In this document: positions 42,467 to 49,615 of the stretch, one piece after another | Numbering within the stretch: position 1 is the stretch's first letter | Layout of the letters: the number at the start of each line of letters is the position of its first letter | Source: Bacteroidales bacterium | GTDB lineage: Bacteria > Bacteroidota > Bacteroidia > Bacteroidales > G3-4614 | Assembly (NCBI GenBank): GCA_017521245.1 | Contig: JAFXDI010000001.1 | Span: forward strand, 227,178-291,177 | Direction of reading: 5' to 3' | Length of the DNA: 64,000 bases | Made by a program: the position numbers and the translations under genes | Notes under the pieces: generated by a model | Databases searched by the model: none | Told to the model about the DNA's origin: nothing | Seen by the model: only the letters and a program-made list of their open reading frames with translations

Positions 42467-42553
42467 TAGTTGTTAGTTGTCAACTCCGTTGCCCATTTGG
42501 GTAGTTGTTAGTTGTTAGAAATTTAAATGCTAAAAACAAAAAACTAACAACTA
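42467..42553. repeat. TAGTTGT-heptamer modules forming a 12-bp perfect inverted repeat between prfA and pyrF
   Basis: The sequence tagttgttagtt (42502-42513) pairs with aactaacaacta (42542-42553). A further tagttgttagttgt lies at 42467-42480. Confidence 0.8.
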
Positions 42554-42563
42554 AAAACTTAAA

Positions 42564-43673
42564 TTATAGTTCACTCTCTTTTAATCTCTCAGCATTCTCG
42601 GCAATCATAAGGTTATCAATACAATCTTGTATATCGCCATCCATAAATGCTGATAGGTTGTATATGGTATAGTTTATGCGGTGGTCAATTATACGTCCTT
42701 GAGGATAGTTGTAGGTACGTATTTTTGCTGAACGGTCGCCTGTCGATACCATTGTTTTGCGTTTGCTCGAAATGTCATCGATATATTTTTGATGCTCTTT
42801 ATCATATATAAATGTACGAAGTCGTGCCAATGCTCTCTCTTTATTTTTTGGTTGGTCGCGTGTTTCGGTACACTCAATCAATATCTCTTCTGTCTCGCCT
42901 GTATTAGGATTCTTCCACATATAACGCAAACGAACTCCAGACTCAACTTTATTTACGTTCTGTCCTCCTGCTCCTCCTGAACGGAAAGTATCCCATTTTA
43001 TCTCACCTTCGTTTATCTCAACATCAAATTGTTCAGCCTCTGGTAATACGGCTACTGATGCAGCAGAGGTGTGTACGCGTCCTTGTGTCTCGGTTACCGG
43101 TACTCGTTGCACTCGGTGTACTCCTGATTCGTATTTAAGAGTTCCGTAAACTTTCTCTCCGGATACAGAACAGATAATCTCTTTAAATCCTCCACTTGAG
43201 CCTTCGCTTACGCTTGATACTTCAAGACGCCAACCTTTTGTTTCGCAATATTTTGAATACATACGGAAAAGATCTCCTGCAAATATTGCTGCCTCATCTC
43301 CTCCTGTTCCGCCACGAATTTCTAGTATTGCATTTTTATCATCTTGTGGATCTCCCGGAACTAAAAGAAGTTTTATCTTCTCCTCAATTTGTGGTAATGC
43401 CTCACTATTTATATCTAACTCCTCTTTTGCCATTTCACGCATTTCGGCATCATCCTCACTCTCCAATATCTCCTTTGCCTCAGCAATAGAGTTTAAGCAT
43501 CCTTCATACTCTTTTTTTGCCTCTACTATTTTTTCAAGGTCTTTATACTCTTTGGTGAGTTTTACATATCGTCTTTGGTCGGCAATTGTTTCAGGGTCGG
43601 TTATAAGCGTTGCCACCTCCTCAAAGCGAAATTGCAGAGTCTCTAATTTATCAAGTAAAGTGTTGTTACTCAT
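42564..43673 (-). CDS. prfA: Peptide chain release factor 1
   Basis: The GGQ motif (SGGAGGQNVNKVESGVRL) and the RF1-type P-x-T tripeptide (PVT) are present. Confidence 0.95.
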   Translation of the reverse strand: MSNNTLLDKLETLQFRFEEVATLITDPETIADQRRYVKLTKEYKDLEKIVEAKKEYEGCLNSIAEAKEILESEDDAEMREMAKEELDINSEALPQIEEKIKLLLVPGDPQDDKNAILEIRGGTGGDEAAIFAGDLFRMYSKYCETKGWRLEVSSVSEGSSGGFKEIICSVSGEKVYGTLKYESGVHRVQRVPVTETQGRVHTSAASVAVLPEAEQFDVEINEGEIKWDTFRSGGAGGQNVNKVESGVRLRYMWKNPNTGETEEILIECTETRDQPKNKERALARLRTFIYDKEHQKYIDDISSKRKTMVSTGDRSAKIRTYNYPQGRIIDHRINYTIYNLSAFMDGDIQDCIDNLMIAENAERLKESEL

Positions 43674-43703
43674 ATTCTTTCTTATATATCTTCTATACTA
43701 AAT

Positions 43704-43752
43704 AGTGCAAACCGAGAGCGGAACTAAACTTGTTTAAGTTATGCCGAGGTGT
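43704..43752 (-). repeat. Dispersed structured element, copy 1 (in the putative prfA 5' leader)
   Basis: Its reverse complement aligns with 59462-59508. The shared sequence is CTCGGCATAAC..AAACAAGTTT.GTTC.GCTCT. Confidence 0.7.
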
Positions 43753-43781
43753 AGCCTATTTTCGCGGTAGTTTATCTACCG

Positions 43782-43789
43782 CAAAGATA
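43782..43789 (-). promoter_or_regulatory. Candidate -7 box TATCTTTG for prfA
   Basis: The reverse complement of caaagata lies about 109 nt upstream of the ATG. Confidence 0.45.
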
Positions 43790-43790
43790 A

Positions 43791-43835
43791 TTAAAAAAAA
43801 GTGAGCAACCAAGTTTTTTATATTCTTGGTTGCTC
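43791..43835 (-). terminator. Terminator of the aromatic operon (after tyrA)
   Basis: The minus-strand RNA reads GAGCAACCAAG-(11 nt)-CUUGGUUGCUC followed by ACUUUUUUUU. Confidence 0.7.
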
Positions 43836-43854
43836 TTTTTGTTTTGTGTTGTTT

Positions 43855-44628
43855 TTACTTCAATTTTCCTCGAATTGCATTCAAGTATTTTATCATTCCT
43901 GATGCGTCTTTCTCTTCTACCATCTTTTGTAATATAGATAACTGTTTTTGTATATCTTCTAATTGTTGTGGTGTGTGAGGGTTGAAAAGAATTTCGGTTA
44001 ATAGATAGTCATCTTCTGATAGCAATCCTCGAGCTATGTTCATGTGCTTTTTGAATGTTGTTCCTGGTGCATCTTGATGTTTCATTACACTTGCAAAAAC
44101 TAATGTTGAAGCAAAGGGAATTGATAGCGAGTAGGCTATTGTTTCATCGTGCTCTTGGAATGTATATTCAAATATGTTCAAATGTAACTTGCTATACAAG
44201 TCTTTAAAAAAGACTTTTCCTAAGTGGTCACTCTCTGAAATGATTATTGTGTTTTGTGTACTTAAATCACTTAGGTTGGCAAATGTTGGCCCGAACATTG
44301 GGTGTGTTGAAACAAACGGACGCCCTGCCTCTTTATAAAATTCAGGCAACCCTGTTTTTACTGATGCTATATCTGAAATTATACATCTTTCGGGGAGATA
44401 TGGTATCACCTCTTTAAAAGCATCAATGGTATATTTTACCGTTACTGCATTTATAAGTAGTTCGGGTTCAAACTCTTTTATCTCCTCTAATTCTGAAAAT
44501 CGTAGGGTGTTGAATGTAAATCGTAAGCGTGCAGAATCTTTATCGAACATTGCCACTTCGTGTTCAAAACTTAACACATCGGCAAAGAACGATCCCATCT
44601 TGCCTGCTCCCATTATTAATATTTTCAT
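43855..44628 (-). CDS. tyrA: Prephenate dehydrogenase
   Basis: The N-terminal Rossmann fold reads MKILIMGAGKMGSFF. The HPMFGP motif and the operon context with DAHP synthase/chorismate mutase support the call. Confidence 0.8.
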   Translation of the reverse strand: MKILIMGAGKMGSFFADVLSFEHEVAMFDKDSARLRFTFNTLRFSELEEIKEFEPELLINAVTVKYTIDAFKEVIPYLPERCIISDIASVKTGLPEFYKEAGRPFVSTHPMFGPTFANLSDLSTQNTIIISESDHLGKVFFKDLYSKLHLNIFEYTFQEHDETIAYSLSIPFASTLVFASVMKHQDAPGTTFKKHMNIARGLLSEDDYLLTEILFNPHTPQQLEDIQKQLSILQKMVEEKDASGMIKYLNAIRGKLK

Positions 44629-44645
44629 AATATACAGATTTCTAT

Positions 44646-44706
44646 GCTAACTAAGATATCTAAGATAACTATCTCTTAGAAGATTATCTTATACATCTTA
44701 GTTAGC
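44646..44706 (-). repeat. 61-nt nested inverted repeat between the DAHP synthase/CM gene and tyrA
   Basis: The outer stem pairs gctaactaagat with atcttagttagc (12 bp). The inner stem pairs taagataa with ttatctta (8 bp). Confidence 0.8.
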
Positions 44707-44726
44707 AAAGTTTTATCAAATAACAA

Positions 44727-45800
44727 TTAGTTATCGCTTTTCAATATCTCAACTTGTTGACGAACACTCTCTTCGTGTATGGCTTGCATAATTGTCATCA
44801 TAAATTCACCTTTCATTTCAGCTGCTTCAGCTTGCTCAACTCGTTTTTTCAATATCTCATCGTAGCGTGCTGCTTGAAGAACTGTCATTTTATGTTCTTT
44901 TTTAAATCTTCCTATCTCGCGAGATACACGCATACGTTTTGCCAAAAGGTCTATTAGTTCGTTATCCAATACATCAATTTGTTTACGAAGGTCTCCTAAG
45001 TCTTCGGTAGTTGTGTGTTGGTCACGTATAATCAAATCATCTAATACAAGATCAAGTGCTCCCGGTGTTATTTGTTGGTTCTTATCGCTCCATGCATAGT
45101 CAGGAGAACAGTGTGACTCTATTATAAGTCCGTCAAATCCCAAGTCCATTGCTTGTTGAGATAGTGGAGCAATAAAATCACGTTTTCCACCGATATGACT
45201 GGGATCACTAAATATTGGTAAATCCGGCAAACGACGACGCAACTCAATGGGTATATGCCATTGTGGCGAGTTACGATATACTTTTTCATCGTAGCTGCTA
45301 AATCCACGATGTATTGCACCTATTTTGCGTAGTCCTGCATTGTATATACGTTGTATTCCTCCTATCCATAGTTCTATATCGGGGTTTACTGGGTTTTTAA
45401 TCAATACTGGAATGTCTGCTCCTTTTAGTGCATCAGCAATCTCTTGCATAGCAAAGGGGTTAGCTGTTGTTCTTGCACCTATCCACAACAAATCTACTCC
45501 GTGTTTTAATGCTTCAAGTACATGGTATTGGTTTGCAACCTCAGTTGCTACATACATTCCTGTCTCTGCTTTTACTTTTTTAAGCCACAAAAGACCTTCG
45601 CTTCCAACTCCTTCAAAACCTCCCGGTTTTGTGCGTGGTTTCCATATTCCGGCACGGAATATTTTTATACCTCGCGATGCTAAATCTTTTGCTGTCTCCA
45701 TTACTTGATCCTCTGTCTCTGCACTACAAGGACCTGCTATTACAAGTGGGCGTTTTGCGTCTAACCCTGGAAGGGTGATTGGTTCAAATTGCATTTCCAT
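44727..45800 (-). CDS. Bifunctional 3-deoxy-7-phosphoheptulonate (DAHP) synthase / chorismate mutase
   Basis: The N-terminal region is KDO8P/DAHPS I-beta-like (VIAGPCSAE, DPSH). The C-terminal ~90 aa form a type II chorismate mutase helix pattern (LRKQIDVLDNELIDLLAKRMRVSREIGRFK). Confidence 0.87.
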   Translation of the reverse strand: MEMQFEPITLPGLDAKRPLVIAGPCSAETEDQVMETAKDLASRGIKIFRAGIWKPRTKPGGFEGVGSEGLLWLKKVKAETGMYVATEVANQYHVLEALKHGVDLLWIGARTTANPFAMQEIADALKGADIPVLIKNPVNPDIELWIGGIQRIYNAGLRKIGAIHRGFSSYDEKVYRNSPQWHIPIELRRRLPDLPIFSDPSHIGGKRDFIAPLSQQAMDLGFDGLIIESHCSPDYAWSDKNQQITPGALDLVLDDLIIRDQHTTTEDLGDLRKQIDVLDNELIDLLAKRMRVSREIGRFKKEHKMTVLQAARYDEILKKRVEQAEAAEMKGEFMMTIMQAIHEESVRQQVEILKSDN

Positions 45801-45830
45801 AGTTGTATGTATTAAATTTTTATATTCTGT

Positions 45831-46994
45831 TTATAATATTGCTTTAATTCTCTCTTTTGCTTCTTTTAATTTCTCTTCTGTTGCACATAGTGATATGCGT
45901 ATAAATTTATCGCCTTCGCTTCCAAATATCATTCCTGGTGTTATGAATACTCTTGCATCGTATAATATTTTATCGGCTAACTCTGCTCCATCTTTATATT
46001 TATCAGGGACTTTTGCCCATAGGAACATTCCTCGTTGTGCCGGATCAAATTTACATCCTAACATTGTGGCTATCTCTTCGGCTAATACTCTTCGTGGACG
46101 ATATATTGTGTTTATCTCTTCGTACCACTCCTTGCCAAGCGATAGAGCTTTTGATGCAGCTATTTGCATTGAGCGGAATGTTCCTGAATCGATATTGCTT
46201 TTTACCCTTAATACCCACGCTACAAATTGAGGATTTGATGCTAACATTCCTACACGCCAACCTGGCATATTATGCGATTTGCTCATTGAGTTGAGTTCGA
46301 TACATATATCTTTTGCTCCCTCTACTGATAAAATACTTAATGGATTATCGTTAAGGATAAAACTATATGGATTATCGTTTACTATTACTATGCCATGTTT
46401 TTTACCAAAGGCTACCAACTGCTCAAACAACTCTTTTGTGGCTACTCTTCCTGTTGGCATATTGGGATAGTTTACCCACATTAGTTTTACGTTTGAGAGG
46501 TCATTTTTCTCTATCTCATCAAAGTCGGGCAACCAATCGTTCTCCTCTTTTAGATTATAGGTTATTATGTTTGCCTCTGCTAAACGACTTACCGAACTAT
46601 ATGTTGGGTATCCTGGATTGGGAACTAATACTCCATCACCTTGATTTAGGAACGCCAACGAAATGTGCAATATTCCCTCTTTTGAGCCTATAAGTGGCTG
46701 TATCTCTGTTTTTGAATCAAGTTCTACACCAAACCATGTTGAGTACCATGTGGCAAATGCCTCGCGTAATTTAGCTATACCTACGTATGGCTGGTATCCG
46801 TGTGCTGTATCTTGTGCGGCATCGTTTGATAAAGTCTCAATTACCTCTTTATGAGGTGGACGGTCAGGACTGCCTATTCCTAAACTTATTACATCCAAAC
46901 CTCGTGCATTCATCTCTGCCACCTCTTTTAATTTCTTCGAAAAGTAGTACTCGCTTATTGTTCCTACTCTGTTTGCAGGTTTAATCTCTTTCAT
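45831..46994 (-). CDS. Class I/II PLP-dependent aminotransferase (probable aromatic/prephenate aminotransferase)
   Basis: The PLP-lysine context reads NSMSKSHNMPGWRVG. It is the first gene of the aromatic operon. Confidence 0.85.
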   Translation of the reverse strand: MKEIKPANRVGTISEYYFSKKLKEVAEMNARGLDVISLGIGSPDRPPHKEVIETLSNDAAQDTAHGYQPYVGIAKLREAFATWYSTWFGVELDSKTEIQPLIGSKEGILHISLAFLNQGDGVLVPNPGYPTYSSVSRLAEANIITYNLKEENDWLPDFDEIEKNDLSNVKLMWVNYPNMPTGRVATKELFEQLVAFGKKHGIVIVNDNPYSFILNDNPLSILSVEGAKDICIELNSMSKSHNMPGWRVGMLASNPQFVAWVLRVKSNIDSGTFRSMQIAASKALSLGKEWYEEINTIYRPRRVLAEEIATMLGCKFDPAQRGMFLWAKVPDKYKDGAELADKILYDARVFITPGMIFGSEGDKFIRISLCATEEKLKEAKERIKAIL

Positions 46995-47006
46995 TGTTAT
47001 ATTAAT

Positions 47007-47035
47007 AAAAAATCCCGCTCTTTAAAGAACGGGAT
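47007..47035 (-). terminator. Attenuator terminator 12 nt upstream of the aminotransferase ATG
   Basis: The minus-strand RNA reads AUCCCGUUC-UUUAAA-GAGCGGGAU followed by UUUUUAUU. Confidence 0.65.
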
Positions 47036-47088
47036 ATTGTATTTGTTTTTATTTATTTCTTATATCTTACACACGCAAAACCCCGCTC

Positions 47089-47151
47089 TTACTTGATGTT
47101 AAAGTAAAAGTAATAATAAAAGTATGCGAATGTTGACATTAAGTTTTTCAT
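47089..47151 (-). CDS. Aromatic amino-acid operon leader peptide (20 aa, MKNLMSTFAYFYYYFYFNIK)
   Basis: This is my own translation. Nine of 20 codons are Phe/Tyr and eight of them are consecutive. The stop codon abuts the antiterminator arm. Confidence 0.6.
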   Translation of the reverse strand: MKNLMSTFAYFYYYFYFNIK

Positions 47152-47185
47152 CTCGTTTTTATGCGGTTTTGTAATTTCCACCTTG

Positions 47186-47193
47186 CAAAGGTA
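47186..47193 (-). promoter_or_regulatory. Candidate -7 box TACCTTTG, with TTTG 19 nt upstream (47213-47216), for the leader and aromatic operon
   Basis: The reverse complement of caaaggta lies 35 nt upstream of the leader ATG. Confidence 0.5.
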
Positions 47194-47253
47194 TATAGAT
47201 TTTTCTTCTTTACAAATATTTTGATATTTTTTTTCAAGATTTTTTTTTGCAAA

Positions 47254-48249
47254 CTATTCAAATCTATAAATATTGCTTCTGCTTCGTTCTTGTTGCTCTC
47301 TTAAATCAAGTCGTAATTGTTGAATATAATCTGATAGATATGCGATCTCGGGATCATATACGCTCTTCTTGCGTGAATGGAGTGCGAATGATATACGTGC
47401 CCACATTAACGACTTATCAAAATTGTGTTTTATCTCTTCGTACATTGCTAAATTTGCTGCTGTTCGTGCTTGAAATTTCTTTGAACGTTTATTTTCATAA
47501 AGATATTCCCATATAAATGACGCTTCATCGTATTTTCCTTCTCTCCAAAATTTATCTGCTTTTCGCATCATTCTGTTGCCTGAGACAAAATAGAGTCGTA
47601 CAAAACTTTTGTTACTTGGCATAAATTGTGTCGATGCTACTCTTGCTATATTGGGAACTAATTTATTTATACATTCATTGTGTGATGGTAATGAATTTAT
47701 TGCCTCTTCACGTGTATAACCTGCTCCATTAAATACTAATGTATCAACACACGAATATGATACTATTGTATCATAATTAGGACGGGCAATAGAGAGTTGT
47801 ATTTCGGTGGGCACAAACAAATCAACAAAGTGCCAATCTTCATCTATTGTTCCTGAACGATAATAGGGATTTATATAAACCTTATTTAATGCTATAATAT
47901 TATTTCCCGAAGGATTGTACTCTTCTATCTTATTCTTAGTTATTGGTTGCGAAGAGGGAGAATCAACAATGTACTCTTTTACTATGCAGGGGGATTCTGA
48001 TGAGTTTAGTCTGTCTGATATTGCTGCAAATATATATTGCGCAACAGAGTCTTGTATCTTCAATACTGTTTGATTCTCTTGTACTGATATTTTGCTTACA
48101 TTATATAATAGCACAATTGGGGTTGTATCAGAAAGAGCAATATTGGGAGCGTTCTTTATATTATACTCTACAACTTTCATTGATGTACAACTCATCATTG
48201 TAAGCATAATTGTTAGAAACAGATATATGGTTCCTTTTTTCATATTCAT
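47254..48249 (-). CDS. Putative lipoprotein of unknown function with a TPR-like C-terminal region
   Basis: A signal peptide plus lipobox (LTIMLTMMSC) is present. No catalytic motif was recognised. Confidence 0.5.
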   Translation of the reverse strand: MNMKKGTIYLFLTIMLTMMSCTSMKVVEYNIKNAPNIALSDTTPIVLLYNVSKISVQENQTVLKIQDSVAQYIFAAISDRLNSSESPCIVKEYIVDSPSSQPITKNKIEEYNPSGNNIIALNKVYINPYYRSGTIDEDWHFVDLFVPTEIQLSIARPNYDTIVSYSCVDTLVFNGAGYTREEAINSLPSHNECINKLVPNIARVASTQFMPSNKSFVRLYFVSGNRMMRKADKFWREGKYDEASFIWEYLYENKRSKKFQARTAANLAMYEEIKHNFDKSLMWARISFALHSRKKSVYDPEIAYLSDYIQQLRLDLREQQERSRSNIYRFE

Positions 48250-48349
48250 TACTTTGTGTTTTATATCCTAAATTCCCGATTTATATACACAAAAGTAATG
48301 AATATTTTTATTTATAGGTTATTTCTGATTGTTAAATTGAGTATAAATT

Positions 48350-49462
48350 TTAATACCTATATGGCGGTGGTGGCATAATGGTATTGGGAGTGTATCCCGG
48401 ACCCCACTCATTCCAAGGAGTAAGCACTACTCTTAAATTTATGTCGCCGTAAGTGTGTAACTCTAATATCGGATTTTGTCTGCAATTTAGATATACTAAC
48501 GATGAACATAATGAAACATCAAGAGTTGTAATAGAGTTATTACTACAATCGAGATGTTGCAACAATGTTCGGGCATGTAAATCCAAATCATCGATACTAT
48601 TGTACGAGCAATCAATAAACGAAAGATAATCACACTCTTCAATATTTATCTGTCGTAAATTATTATATGAACAATCGAGGTGCGTTAGCAATGGAGAGTT
48701 ATATATTGAGAAATAGGTCATATTGTTATTGCTGCAATAGAGTGTTGTCAGTTTCTTTAAATTCATAGGCACAAATCGTGTTATATTATTGTTGTCGATA
48801 TTAAGATTTGATAGCAAGGGAACTCCCGATAAATCAATTTGTGTTAGATTGTTATATCCGCAATAGAGATTAAATAGGGAGTCGCAACCTGATACATCAA
48901 TATCTTGCAGTTTACATCCTTGTATATTTAATGTATTAAGAGTTTTTGAGGCAGATGCAGTAAAAGTTGTAAAATCGTTATTACCACAATTTATTATTGA
49001 GATTGATGGTATTAACGATACATTGAGTTCTTTTAAATGGTTTTTATTGCATAAGAGGTGCTTGAGAGAGGTGCAATTTTCCAAGTTGAGAACCTCAATA
49101 TGATTATTTGATATATTTAAACTTTTAAGATTTGTACACCCTGATATATTTAATGAGGTGAGTTTGTTTCGTGATAAATCAACGGTTTGTAGCATTATCA
49201 TATCTGATAAATCCAATTCGCCTGAAAGGGAATATCCTCGCCACATTATTGATTTTAGATGCCCATTACTCCATTCTACGCCATGCCAAGAGAGGGGATT
49301 ATTCAAATCTTTTATTCCCATTGCTTGTGCATTGGTTTTATTTGAGTGTGCAGTTTGTGATAAGAATGTTTTTATCTTTTTTAGTTCGCTCTTATCAATT
49401 TGCTGTGCATTGACTGTTAGTATTGCAAAAATTAGAAGTGTTAGAAATAGAACTCTTTTCAT
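48350..49462 (-). CDS. Secreted leucine-rich-repeat (LRR) protein
   Basis: A signal peptide is followed by about 12 tandem ~22-23-aa repeats of the L..L.C..N.L..L(D/N)(V/L)S type. The C-terminus is Pro-rich (PPPPYRY) and no T9SS CTD was recognised. Confidence 0.8.
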   Translation of the reverse strand: MKRVLFLTLLIFAILTVNAQQIDKSELKKIKTFLSQTAHSNKTNAQAMGIKDLNNPLSWHGVEWSNGHLKSIMWRGYSLSGELDLSDMIMLQTVDLSRNKLTSLNISGCTNLKSLNISNNHIEVLNLENCTSLKHLLCNKNHLKELNVSLIPSISIINCGNNDFTTFTASASKTLNTLNIQGCKLQDIDVSGCDSLFNLYCGYNNLTQIDLSGVPLLSNLNIDNNNITRFVPMNLKKLTTLYCSNNNMTYFSIYNSPLLTHLDCSYNNLRQINIEECDYLSFIDCSYNSIDDLDLHARTLLQHLDCSNNSITTLDVSLCSSLVYLNCRQNPILELHTYGDINLRVVLTPWNEWGPGYTPNTIMPPPPYRY

Positions 49463-49467
49463 AGTAC

Positions 49468-49499
49468 AAAAAAAATAGTATATGCTTAAAACATATACT
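49468..49499 (-). terminator. Terminator-like hairpin plus U8 ending only 5 nt upstream of the LRR gene ATG
   Basis: The minus-strand RNA reads AGUAUAUG-UUUUAAG-CAUAUACU-A-UUUUUUUU-GUACU-AUG. Confidence 0.5.
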
Positions 49500-49514
49500 A
49501 CTCTTATTATGTTC

Positions 49515-49563
49515 GTTGCTTTGCAACAATTAGTTTAGCACTTCGTGCTAATTAGGAATTAGT
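49515..49563 (-). repeat. Dispersed hairpin-word modules (GTTGC-TTT-GCAAC, TAGCAC-TTC-GTGCTA, CTAATTAGGAATTAG)
   Basis: The words actaattcctaatt[a/g]gcac and attgttgc[a/g]aagcaac recur at 59583-59619 in a different order. Confidence 0.7.
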
Positions 49564-49615
49564 ACGTGACCTCGCCACAATTAGAAAATAGCAATTATTT
49601 CATTTCTCATTTATA

